DNA from: a virus
Lineage: Duplodnaviria; Caudoviricetes
Length of the DNA: 25,969 nucleotides
Strand: one strand, 5' to 3'
IMG/VR virus record: IMGVR_UViG_3300020042_001009
Location: 1 to 25,969 of that record
The position numbers and the translations under genes are program-made. The stretch's first letter is position 1; each line of letters opens with the position of its first letter. Positions 7,506 to 14,710 of the stretch are shown here, piece by piece. The notes under the pieces are model-generated. The model was not told the DNA's origin, ran no database searches, and saw only the letters and a program-made list of their open reading frames with translations.

Positions 7506-8749
7506 TGACTGCATGGACACCCGATTGGGCAGTATCGATTAATGGCGCTGGAGATGTCACTAACGTAACCCTTGCTAACCTGACAATCACCTCAGGTCGC
7601 AATGATATTTATTCTCAGCCTTATGCCGGTTATTGCAACATCGAACTCATCAACTTAAACCAGTCTTCAATTAATATCGATGTCAATGATTCTGTAACAA
7701 TTAAGGTCAAGGATACAACTGGCACCTATGTAAACTTGTTTGGTGGCGATGTTACCGACATCGACGTCGAAGTAACATCATCAGGCACCGGTGGCATTAA
7801 TGAGCGAATCAAGATTGTAGCCCTTGGCGCACTTGCCAAACTGCCTAAGATCATTTTTGATGATTCATTAAGCAGAGATAATGACGGAGATCAAATCTAT
7901 GCGGTTTTGTCGTCTTATCTGTTTGGAACTTGGAACTCGGTTCCAGCTGCTTTAACTTGGGCTGCTTATGATCCGACAACAACTTGGGCAAATGCTCAAA
8001 ATACTGGTCTAGGCGAGATCGACCGTCCAGGCGATTATGATTTAGGATCTAGATCAGCTGATCCGATTGATGTTTATTCACTCGTTAGCGGATTGGCAAC
8101 TTCTGGACTTGGTTATTTATATGAGGACTCATCTGGACGAATCGGGTATGCGGACAGTACACACAGAAGCCAATATTTAGCCACTAACGGTTATGTCGAA
8201 GTGACTGGCAACCACGCCCTAGCCAATGGCATTCGTACGTCTAAGCGCATCGGAGACCTACGCAATAAAGTAACCGTCGAATCCAAAACTGGCGCTCAAA
8301 GAACTGCAACTGATGCAGCTTCTATTGCTTTATATGGTGAGCAAGGTCAAGTCATCAAGACGACTTTGCATGATGCTAATGATGCCCAGACCCAAGCAGA
8401 TTTTTATTTATCTTTGCGCGCTTACCCACAAGATCAATTTAGATCGATTACCTTCCCATTAACTAGCCCTGAAATCGATAACTCAGACCGCGACAAATTG
8501 CTCAACGTATTTATGGGTGAGGCTTTAGATATTACAGACCTACCGTCAAATATGGTCGATGGACGCTTTCAGGGCTTCGTAGAAGGCTGGACTTTTAGCG
8601 CTGGATACAACCGTCTAAACTTAACCCTAATCCTCTCACCGGTAGCTTACAGCCTTCAGGCGTTTAGATGGAATAGCGTCCCAGCACCTGAAACATGGAA
8701 TACATTAAGCCCAACCCTAGAATGGATTAACGCTACAATAGTAGCCTGA
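7505..8749 (+). CDS. Minor tail / baseplate hub protein
   Basis: 414 aa directly after TMP; beta-rich, GYLYEDSSGRIGY hub-type segment, two Trp-rich repeats. Confidence 0.7.
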   Translation: MTAWTPDWAVSINGAGDVTNVTLANLTITSGRNDIYSQPYAGYCNIELINLNQSSINIDVNDSVTIKVKDTTGTYVNLFGGDVTDIDVEVTSSGTGGINERIKIVALGALAKLPKIIFDDSLSRDNDGDQIYAVLSSYLFGTWNSVPAALTWAAYDPTTTWANAQNTGLGEIDRPGDYDLGSRSADPIDVYSLVSGLATSGLGYLYEDSSGRIGYADSTHRSQYLATNGYVEVTGNHALANGIRTSKRIGDLRNKVTVESKTGAQRTATDAASIALYGEQGQVIKTTLHDANDAQTQADFYLSLRAYPQDQFRSITFPLTSPEIDNSDRDKLLNVFMGEALDITDLPSNMVDGRFQGFVEGWTFSAGYNRLNLTLILSPVAYSLQAFRWNSVPAPETWNTLSPTLEWINATIVA

Positions 8750-8761
8750 TAAAGGAGAAAA

Positions 8762-9451
8762 ATGGCAACGACAACTAACTATTCGTGGAGCACCCCGGAT
8801 GACACGGCACTCGTTAAGGACGGCGCAGCTGCTATCCGCACGTTGGGCTCCTCTATCGATACAACTACCAAGGCGCTTAATCCATCAACGACTTTAGGCG
8901 ATATTGAATATCGCTCATCAACTGCTAATACAAACACTCGTCTAGGCATTGGATCAACTGGCAATGTTTTGACGGTTGCAGGCGGCGTTCCAACATGGGC
9001 TGCTCCGGCTTCTCCAACTTTAACCTTTTCAGGTGCAAGCATTTATAAATCTGCTGATCAATCAATTTCAAATTCATCTCAGACAAAAATTACATTTGAT
9101 ACAGAAAGATTTGATACTGATGCTTATCATAGTCTTGTAAGCAATACAGAACGATTTACAATTCCAGCAGGAAAAGATGGGAAGTATTCATTTTCAGCCG
9201 GTATTCAATATGCTCAAAACTCTACTGGTAATTATAGAATTTTATCTATTTACAAAAATGGCAGCACACAAAAGTTTGCTACGCTTTTATTGCCAGTCAA
9301 TGCTCCAAACATGGCGTTAAACATGACAGTTATCGATGATGCTGTTGCTGGTGATTATTATGAAGTAGCAGGTTTCCAAGATAGTGGTGGTTCATTAAAT
9401 GTAAGAGGAAGCGAAGCCACTTGGTTCATGATTACTTACTTAGGAGCATAA
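8762..9451 (+). CDS. Receptor-binding / tail fibre protein with C1q-like C-terminal domain
   Basis: N-terminal anchor shared with copy B; C-terminus ITFDTERFDT..RFTIPAGKDGKY..IYKNG..GDYYEV is a C1q/TNF-like pattern. Confidence 0.7.
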   Translation: MATTTNYSWSTPDDTALVKDGAAAIRTLGSSIDTTTKALNPSTTLGDIEYRSSTANTNTRLGIGSTGNVLTVAGGVPTWAAPASPTLTFSGASIYKSADQSISNSSQTKITFDTERFDTDAYHSLVSNTERFTIPAGKDGKYSFSAGIQYAQNSTGNYRILSIYKNGSTQKFATLLLPVNAPNMALNMTVIDDAVAGDYYEVAGFQDSGGSLNVRGSEATWFMITYLGA

Positions 9452-9452
9452 A

Positions 9453-9722
9453 ATGATATTGTTTACAAAACCAGCAAACCTTAATGGTGCGGAATTACTT
9501 GATGAATTAAGCGCAGTTGGCGTTGTTGTCAAAGGCTACCCATTAGCAGACGACAATGGCAATGTTTGGCTTGACATCAAATTAACAGACAAAACAAAAA
9601 CTGAAAAAGTTGTGGCAACTCATAACGGAACTACAATTGCTCCTGATAAAACCGCAGCTCGGCAAACAATTCTTGATCGGCTTGGACTTACCGCAGAAGA
9701 AGCAGCAATCTTACTTGGATGA
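9453..9722 (+). CDS. Small fibre-associated protein (putative chaperone)
   Basis: Follows RBP with SD TAGGAG; C-terminal LDRLGLTAEEA; replaced together with the RBP tip in copy B. Confidence 0.55.
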   Translation: MILFTKPANLNGAELLDELSAVGVVVKGYPLADDNGNVWLDIKLTDKTKTEKVVATHNGTTIAPDKTAARQTILDRLGLTAEEAAILLG

Positions 9723-10225
9723 AAGCTCGACTCAGTAAATCGGTTATCCAGTTAAGAGAACAGGCAGATGATGCTTATCCATCTCGAAAGCGTCATTCAG
9801 ACGGCACGATCGGAGATGCCAAACACTCAACCCGAAAAAGCGATCATAACCCTGACCCTGATACAGGATATGTCCGCGCTATCGATCTCGATGCTGATTT
9901 CAACGAACAAGCCTCTACAGCTGCTTACATTGCCGACCAGATACGAATTGCAGCCAAGTCAGATAAACGCATTGCTTATGTCATCTTTAATCACAAGATT
10001 GCAAGCGCTCGAAGCTTCTGGCGCTGGCGTAAATACACGGGAGTCAATCCACACACCAAGCACATCCACATCAGTTTTACAAAGGCTGGTGACACGGATT
10101 CGAAGTTTTTTAACATCCCATTACTAGGAGGAACAGATGACACAGGACCTAAAGAAGATGCTGGCAAGTTGGGCAAGAGCATTTCTGACCGCTGCGCTTG
10201 CACTTGCAGCTGCGGGCGAAACTGA
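9719..10225 (+). CDS. Putative endolysin, Zn-peptidase (M15-like)
   Basis: SDHNP..RAID..HxxHIHISF metal-ligand pattern; between tail genes and holin-like genes. Confidence 0.7.
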   Translation: MKARLSKSVIQLREQADDAYPSRKRHSDGTIGDAKHSTRKSDHNPDPDTGYVRAIDLDADFNEQASTAAYIADQIRIAAKSDKRIAYVIFNHKIASARSFWRWRKYTGVNPHTKHIHISFTKAGDTDSKFFNIPLLGGTDDTGPKEDAGKLGKSISDRCACTCSCGRN

Positions 10226-10319
10226 TCTGAAGCAGATCGCTTACGCTGGAGCGATTGCAACAATTCCTCCAGTATTGCGTTGGCTAAATCCTAAAGATGA
10301 AGCTTTCGGTTTGAGGTGA
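10137..10319 (+). CDS. Putative holin
   Basis: 60 aa, two hydrophobic segments, RWLNPKD..FG C-terminus, SD GGAGG; overlaps the endolysin 3' end. Confidence 0.65.
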   Translation: MTQDLKKMLASWARAFLTAALALAAAGETDLKQIAYAGAIATIPPVLRWLNPKDEAFGLR

Positions 10320-10507
10320 GTGCGAATGATTGGGCGGGATTCACTCTCGCTATTGTCTCGACGATTGCTATTTTTATTGGCGGTTTGCGTTACCTGGTTC
10401 GCGGTTGGTTGTGGACTCTTACGCCGAATGGTGGTTCATCTCTCGCAGACCGATTGGCAAGAATAGAGACACGCCAGGAACAGATGATGGAACTTCTTAA
10501 GAAGTAA
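10316..10507 (+). CDS. Small membrane protein (TM + coiled coil), lysis-associated
   Basis: N-terminal TM, PNGGSSLADRLARIE motif; conserved in copy B. Confidence 0.7.
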   Translation: MSANDWAGFTLAIVSTIAIFIGGLRYLVRGWLWTLTPNGGSSLADRLARIETRQEQMMELLKK

Positions 10508-10522
10508 GGGACACTTATCCAC

Positions 10523-10747
10523 ATGGCAAGAAAAGCAACTAAAGCACTAGAGGAGCAAGGTTATTCAAAACTTGATGCTTATTGCATTGGGCTATATGAA
10601 TACTTTTGCAGCTTGAAACGCGCTGGCTTTGCAGAGGATATTGCGATGTTCATGATCACCGAGCCTCAAGCTTATCCTGGCTGGATCTTGCCTGATCCAA
10701 TCGACCCTGAAAAGTTTGGGGACTATGATGACGACGATGAGGACTAA
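10523..10747 (+). CDS. Hypothetical protein with acidic C-terminus
   Basis: 74 aa, conserved in copy B, translationally coupled (TAATG) to the phosphoesterase. Confidence 0.75.
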   Translation: MARKATKALEEQGYSKLDAYCIGLYEYFCSLKRAGFAEDIAMFMITEPQAYPGWILPDPIDPEKFGDYDDDDED

Positions 10748-11496
10748 TGACAGTCAAAAGAATTGCCTGGATCTCAGATATCCAAGCACCTTTCTTTCAT
10801 GAAGCAGCAGTCAAGAATCTAGGCAAGTTTTTAAGAGCTTACAAACCTCACCAAACTATCTGCATTGGTGACGAGATCGATCTACCTCAACTTGGGGGCT
10901 TTGCTCAACCGTGGCAAGAGGTTGAAGGCAACATTGACGAGGATCGTAAACTGACTTTAGAGATTCTCGAATATCTTGGCGTTACTGATGTAGTTGGCTC
11001 CAATCATGGAGCGCGTGTTTACAAGTCTTTGTCTCGCAGATTGCCCGCTTTTATGAATCTGCCAGAGCTGCGTTATGACAAGTTTATGGGCTATGACAAA
11101 GCTGGTATTAAGTACCATCCAAACGGCTTTGACTTTGCTCCAGGTTGGCACACATGCCACGGAGATGCTTTTCCACTATCAAACAAGCCTGGACAAACAG
11201 CCTTAAACGGTGCGGTGCGTATGGGTAAATCAGTTGTGTCAGGACATACCCATAGACTGGGGCTGAGTGCCCATTCAGAGGCTTCAGGAGGGCGTTACGG
11301 GCGCATTGTGTGGGGTGTTGAGGTTGGCAACCTAGTGGACTTATCAAGCCCTGGAATGGGCTACACAAAGGGTTATGCGAACTGGCAGATGGGTTTTGTA
11401 GTAGGCACATTACACGGCAAGCGCTTCACGCCTGAACTTATCCCAATCGATCCTAAAGATGGATCGTTCATTTACCAAGGCAAACGCTGGGGCTGA
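10747..11496 (+). CDS. Calcineurin-like metallophosphoesterase
   Basis: Five motifs: SDIQ, GDEID, GSNH, HG, GHTH. Confidence 0.85.
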   Translation: MTVKRIAWISDIQAPFFHEAAVKNLGKFLRAYKPHQTICIGDEIDLPQLGGFAQPWQEVEGNIDEDRKLTLEILEYLGVTDVVGSNHGARVYKSLSRRLPAFMNLPELRYDKFMGYDKAGIKYHPNGFDFAPGWHTCHGDAFPLSNKPGQTALNGAVRMGKSVVSGHTHRLGLSAHSEASGGRYGRIVWGVEVGNLVDLSSPGMGYTKGYANWQMGFVVGTLHGKRFTPELIPIDPKDGSFIYQGKRWG

Positions 11497-11497
11497 A

Positions 11498-11515
11498 TCG
11501 TTACCGTTTCGTTAT
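11498..11515 (+). promoter_or_regulatory. 11-bp-period direct repeat TCGTTA-N5-TCGTTA (GTTAC-N6-GTTAT), possible OmpR-family binding site
   Basis: Sits at the start of the ~100-bp intergenic gap (11497-11598) ahead of the early genes. Confidence 0.4.
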
Positions 11516-11598
11516 CAAAATAAACGTGTAATTGTCTGCCAGATGTGAGACCGTAATCCAGTAGCCAACAACGGTTACAAGAATCGGGAGCAAATCAA

Positions 11599-11748
11599 AT
11601 GGATCTACAAGTACCAGTAATAGTTTTACTGATGTTAGCTAATATCCTTTGGTTTATCGTTGGTTGGGGCAAAGGCTTCGAGGAAGGCAAGCGCGAGGGC
11701 TTGGTAGTTGGCAAGAACAGTCAGCGCGTGAGTGTTAATGCGCGCTAA
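11599..11748 (+). CDS. Small membrane protein, 49 aa (not in ORF track)
   Basis: MDLQVPVIVLLMLANILWFIVGWGKGFEEGKREG...; SD GGGAG 8 nt upstream; overlaps the next gene. Confidence 0.7.
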   Translation: MDLQVPVIVLLMLANILWFIVGWGKGFEEGKREGLVVGKNSQRVSVNAR

Positions 11749-12022
11749 TGACATCCTTGACGAAGCAAAAGACCTCATCGCAGACCGCGGTAAAGATTAC
11801 GGCTTGGCAGCTCTCAATCACCTTCGAATTGCCAAACTCTGGTCAGCCTATCTTGAACGCAACATCGAGCCTCACGAAGTCGCAATCTGCATGGCACTTG
11901 TCAAAATCTCACGCTTACAAGAGACAAGCCAGCACGCAGACAGTTACAAAGACGGCGCAGCATACATTGCGCTCGCTGGACAGATTGCATCAACTGATTG
12001 GAGTGACCTTGACAGTTATTAA
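11738..12022 (+). CDS. DUF6378-like protein
   Basis: RGKDYG..N..RIA.LWSAYL..EVAICMALVKISR..H.DSY.D.AAY pattern; ATG 11738 preferred. Confidence 0.75.
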   Translation: MRANDILDEAKDLIADRGKDYGLAALNHLRIAKLWSAYLERNIEPHEVAICMALVKISRLQETSQHADSYKDGAAYIALAGQIASTDWSDLDSY

Positions 12023-12260
12023 GGCAGCCCCTGGGGTTTGGTGCGATTACTGCAAGGTTAGATATGGCACTAACTCACCATTAGGACAAAAGGGTGCCAG
12101 TTACACAGTTATCAGTAACCATCCACGAAGCCAAGGCGTACGCAGAAATTATTGCAATGCTTGCGCCATTGAGGTGCAGACATGGGCAGACGGTACTGTT
12201 TGGTCACTACCGGAACAAACCGAGTATCTAATGAAACAAGAGGAGTTACCAAGTGTTTAA
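12009..12260 (+). CDS. Zn-finger protein (CxxC...CxxC), 83 aa
   Basis: GGAG then TTG 12009; WCDYC and YCNAC. The track's longer start at 11748 overlaps the DUF6378 gene. Confidence 0.7.
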   Translation: MTVIKAAPGVWCDYCKVRYGTNSPLGQKGASYTVISNHPRSQGVRRNYCNACAIEVQTWADGTVWSLPEQTEYLMKQEELPSV

Positions 12261-12381
12261 GAGAAAATGTCATAAATATGGACAAGCAATCGTCCGGGCT
12301 GGTGATTTGTTGATTATGTGCGAATGCATTACTGACACCGATATCAATACCGTATTAGATTGGGGAACAGAAATTGTTTAA
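12253..12381 (+). CDS. Small Cys/His protein, 42 aa (not in ORF track)
   Basis: AGGAG + GTG; MFKRKCHKYGQAIVRAGDLLIMCECITDTDINTVLDWGTEIV; fills the gap with overlaps at both ends. Confidence 0.55.
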   Translation: MFKRKCHKYGQAIVRAGDLLIMCECITDTDINTVLDWGTEIV

Positions 12382-13051
12382 TTTGGCAGATTACGAGACA
12401 GTTGAAAGTCGTTTAGAGAAGTTCATCAAGGACTTCCCGGATTTCAGAATTAGCACAGAATTGGAGAGTTTCCAGAATGATCGATTCATTGTTAAAGCAT
12501 ACTTATATCGGACTTTCGCTGATAGCGTGGCGTTTTCCACCGGATACGCTGAGGAGAAGGTTACTGACCGCGGTGTTAATTCAACTTCAGCGCTGGAAAA
12601 TTGCGAGACTAGCGCGATCGGTCGGGCGCTTGCAAATGGAGGTTACGCAGCTAAAGGTAAAAGACCTTCTAGAGAAGAAATGAGCAAGGTCGAACGACTA
12701 AGCGCCAAGGACATTGCCAAGGCTAAGGAAGTACCAAGTTTTGCTACAAAAGAGGAGGCATTAGCTGCCGATCCTTGGACTAATGAACCAATTTACGGCG
12801 ATCCTAAGCAACCAGAAGCAATCAGCGCAGCTGAGGCTATTGCAAACGTTGAAAACATCTTGGGAGTTGTAAATCAAGAGGGTTGCGTTCATGGCGACAT
12901 GGTTTGGAAAGAAGGGGAGAAGGCTGGGCGTCCGTGGGGTGGATTCTTTTGCGGATATGCACCAAGAACAGGCGAAGCCAAATGCTCAACAGTTTGGTAC
13001 AACCTTGGATCTAATGGCAAATGGGAACGTCAAAAACTAAGGAGCATTTGA
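12374..13051 (+). CDS. Putative Rad52/Sak-like single-strand annealing protein with C-terminal Zn finger
   Basis: YETVESRL, ALENCETSAIGRALA, RPSREEM motifs; C-terminal CVHG..GFFC..C (GRF-like). Confidence 0.6.
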   Translation: MFNLADYETVESRLEKFIKDFPDFRISTELESFQNDRFIVKAYLYRTFADSVAFSTGYAEEKVTDRGVNSTSALENCETSAIGRALANGGYAAKGKRPSREEMSKVERLSAKDIAKAKEVPSFATKEEALAADPWTNEPIYGDPKQPEAISAAEAIANVENILGVVNQEGCVHGDMVWKEGEKAGRPWGGFFCGYAPRTGEAKCSTVWYNLGSNGKWERQKLRSI

Positions 13052-13052
13052 A

Positions 13053-13229
13053 ATGGGATTTGTTGAAGTAAATGTAAACGGTCAATGGATGAACCTGATG
13101 CACTTCACCTTGCGTTGCCAGTTATGCAATGAGGAGATCATCCTGGCTCATGTAGCAAAGATTGAAAACGCTGATGCTCCAGTCAATGCGACCTGGACGT
13201 GCAAGAGATGTCATTCAGTCAATGGCTAA
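13053..13229 (+). CDS. Zn-ribbon protein, 58 aa (not in ORF track)
   Basis: AAGGAG + ATG; RCQLC...WTCKRCHSVNG. Confidence 0.7.
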   Translation: MGFVEVNVNGQWMNLMHFTLRCQLCNEEIILAHVAKIENADAPVNATWTCKRCHSVNG

Positions 13230-13401
13230 ATACTTTATAACTAAAGCGCACTATCCAAGTGCTAGATACGACTTCAGCGGGTATGGCGGTGTCAATAACT
13301 GCTCTGAGTGCGACATCTTTCATCACACAAACGAATATGTCAGAGACGATGGCTTGGTTGTCTGGTTCTGCACCAAGTGCGAGGACAAACTCGAACTATG
13401 A
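13222..13401 (+). CDS. Zn-finger protein, 59 aa
   Basis: ATG 13222 overlaps the previous gene's end; CSEC...FCTKC. Confidence 0.65.
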   Translation: MAKYFITKAHYPSARYDFSGYGGVNNCSECDIFHHTNEYVRDDGLVVWFCTKCEDKLEL

Positions 13402-13826
13402 CAAACCATCGCAAACATCGAGGTTATCGGACTCAAAAGGTCATAGCCGATTATCTAAAACAATGGTGGGAGTATGCTGACACCGCTGGCGCTGGTCGTC
13501 AGGGTGAGGACATCCTCAACATCCCAAGTATCTCAATCGAGGTTAAGGCTAGGGCAGACTTTCAACCGTTAGCCTGGATCAAACAAGCATCTACAAATGC
13601 CAACGGCAAACTGCCAATGGTAATTATGCGATGTAACGGTCAAGGGGAGGATGCGGGCGAGTACTTAGCCTTTGTCAAGGTCAAGGACATTATGCCGGTA
13701 TTGGCTGATCTGTTACCAACAACAAACATAACCAGATGTACAAGCTGCGGAGCCTGGACGTTTGAGGAAAGGGAAAGGTGCCTATCGTGCCAACATACGA
13801 ATACAAATGCGTCAAATGCCAAATAA
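13398..13826 (+). CDS. Holliday-junction-resolvase-like PD-(D/E)XK nuclease
   Basis: RKHRG..Q..GEDI..IEVKAR..QA pattern; ATGA overlap at 13398; C-terminal CTSC..CLSC. Confidence 0.7.
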   Translation: MTNHRKHRGYRTQKVIADYLKQWWEYADTAGAGRQGEDILNIPSISIEVKARADFQPLAWIKQASTNANGKLPMVIMRCNGQGEDAGEYLAFVKVKDIMPVLADLLPTTNITRCTSCGAWTFEERERCLSCQHTNTNASNAK

Positions 13827-13948
13827 GCATGGAGTTAGAGAAATCTATCCATGAGGAGGCAGATCCAATCTGTTGCGGTGAGTCTATGCGTCGGGTATAT
13901 GGGACGTTTGGCATAACCTTCAAAGGAACAGGTTGGGGTCATCAATGA
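13787..13948 (+). CDS. FmdB-family zinc-ribbon protein, 53 aa (not in ORF track)
   Basis: MPTYEYKCVKC...CCGESMRRVY...FKGTGW is the canonical FmdB pattern. Confidence 0.85.
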   Translation: MPTYEYKCVKCQISMELEKSIHEEADPICCGESMRRVYGTFGITFKGTGWGHQ

Positions 13949-14079
13949 CCTACTGGTTTGAATGTGAGTGCGGTTATTCATTAAGAGCTGCGTTGAACTT
14001 CATCAGCGAGACCCAAGCCAAAGCAATGATGGCTAACCATTTATCAGTATTTAAGTGCGACACGCCCAAGGCAAGGTAA
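13945..14079 (+). CDS. Small Cys/His protein, 44 aa (not in ORF track)
   Basis: ATGA overlap; MTYWFECECGYSLRAALNFISETQAKAMMANHLSVFKCDTPKAR. Confidence 0.55.
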   Translation: MTYWFECECGYSLRAALNFISETQAKAMMANHLSVFKCDTPKAR

Positions 14080-14127
14080 TACTAATTAAGGCTCTGACCT
14101 GCGGTTTTACCGATAAAGGAGTAAAAG

Positions 14128-14541
14128 ATGCTTGACACTAACGGTACGCTAACGGCGCAGAGCCCATCAAGGGCTCACCGCGACCCGCTGAGGCGGGTAG
14201 GTCGCGGGGTGCTAGTAGCTATTGGGATATCTCTGTTCTCACCCGCTTATGCGGTAGCACCAGTTGATGAAAAACAATATGTTTCGATTAAAGAATATGC
14301 AGCTATCTTGGTAGATGATAAAGACCAGATGATATGTTTAAGTAAGTTATACGGTAAAGAGTCAGCATGGAATCCAGAGGCTAATTCAGGCTCTCATTGG
14401 GGTATTCCACAAGGTAGATCTGAGTACCTTAGAACAGCAACACCAGAGCAACAGATTCAATGGGGATTGAAGTACATCGATAATCGTTATGGCTCACCTT
14501 GTGCAGCTTGGCAGTTCTTTCAAAAGAATAACTATCACTAA
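14128..14541 (+). CDS. Secreted/membrane-anchored lytic transglycosylase (SLT-like)
   Basis: KESAWNP, WGIPQ, QIQWGLKYIDNRYGSPCAAW motifs; hydrophobic segment ending AYA. Start is ATG 14128 (SD AAAGGAG) or GTG 14209. Confidence 0.8.
   Translation: MLDTNGTLTAQSPSRAHRDPLRRVGRGVLVAIGISLFSPAYAVAPVDEKQYVSIKEYAAILVDDKDQMICLSKLYGKESAWNPEANSGSHWGIPQGRSEYLRTATPEQQIQWGLKYIDNRYGSPCAAWQFFQKNNYH
14132..14150 (+). promoter_or_regulatory. Putative late promoter TTGACAC-N6-TACGCT
   Basis: Actinobacterial TANNNT -10 preceded by GACAC; followed by tandem hairpins. Confidence 0.4.
14160..14207 (+). other. Tandem GC-rich hairpins
   Basis: GAGCCC-ATCAA-GGGCTC (14160-14176); CCGCGACC/GGTCGCGG (14178-14207) with alternative inner stem ACCCGC-TGAG-GCGGGT. 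Confidence 0.6.
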
Positions 14542-14710
14542 TGGCTAAGCAATCAGCATTAAGAGATGATGGTAGTACTGCGTTATGGCGTAGGATACGA
14601 CAGAGAGTACTGACCAGAGATCAGCATACTTGTCAAAGGTGTGGACTAGAGGCTACTCACGTCGATCACATCATACCGAGACGCTTAGGAGGAGATGATT
14701 CAATGGATAA
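14541..14710 (+). pseudogene. HNH endonuclease, 3'-truncated at the junction
   Basis: WRRIRQRVLTRD..CQRC..HVDHIIP..GGDDSMD, then loses the expected NL..LCxxCN; continuation is antisense phosphoesterase DNA. Confidence 0.85.

Larger units (their letters stand above)
1..14710 (+). mobile_element. Small siphovirus-type actinophage genome, copy A (nearly complete; TerS, TerL N-terminus and HNH C-terminus missing)
   Basis: Unidirectional, tightly packed genes (ATGA/TAATG overlaps) in packaging-head-tail-lysis-early-HNH order; no host genes. Confidence 0.95.

Noticed and set aside
11748-12008. N-terminal 87 aa of the 170-aa track ORF
   Set aside because: Overlaps the DUF6378 gene out of frame; SD-supported TTG at 12009 is the better start
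14132-14137. TTGACA as a canonical -35 element
   Set aside because: No -10-like hexamer 16-18 bp downstream; the best -10 is only 7 bp away
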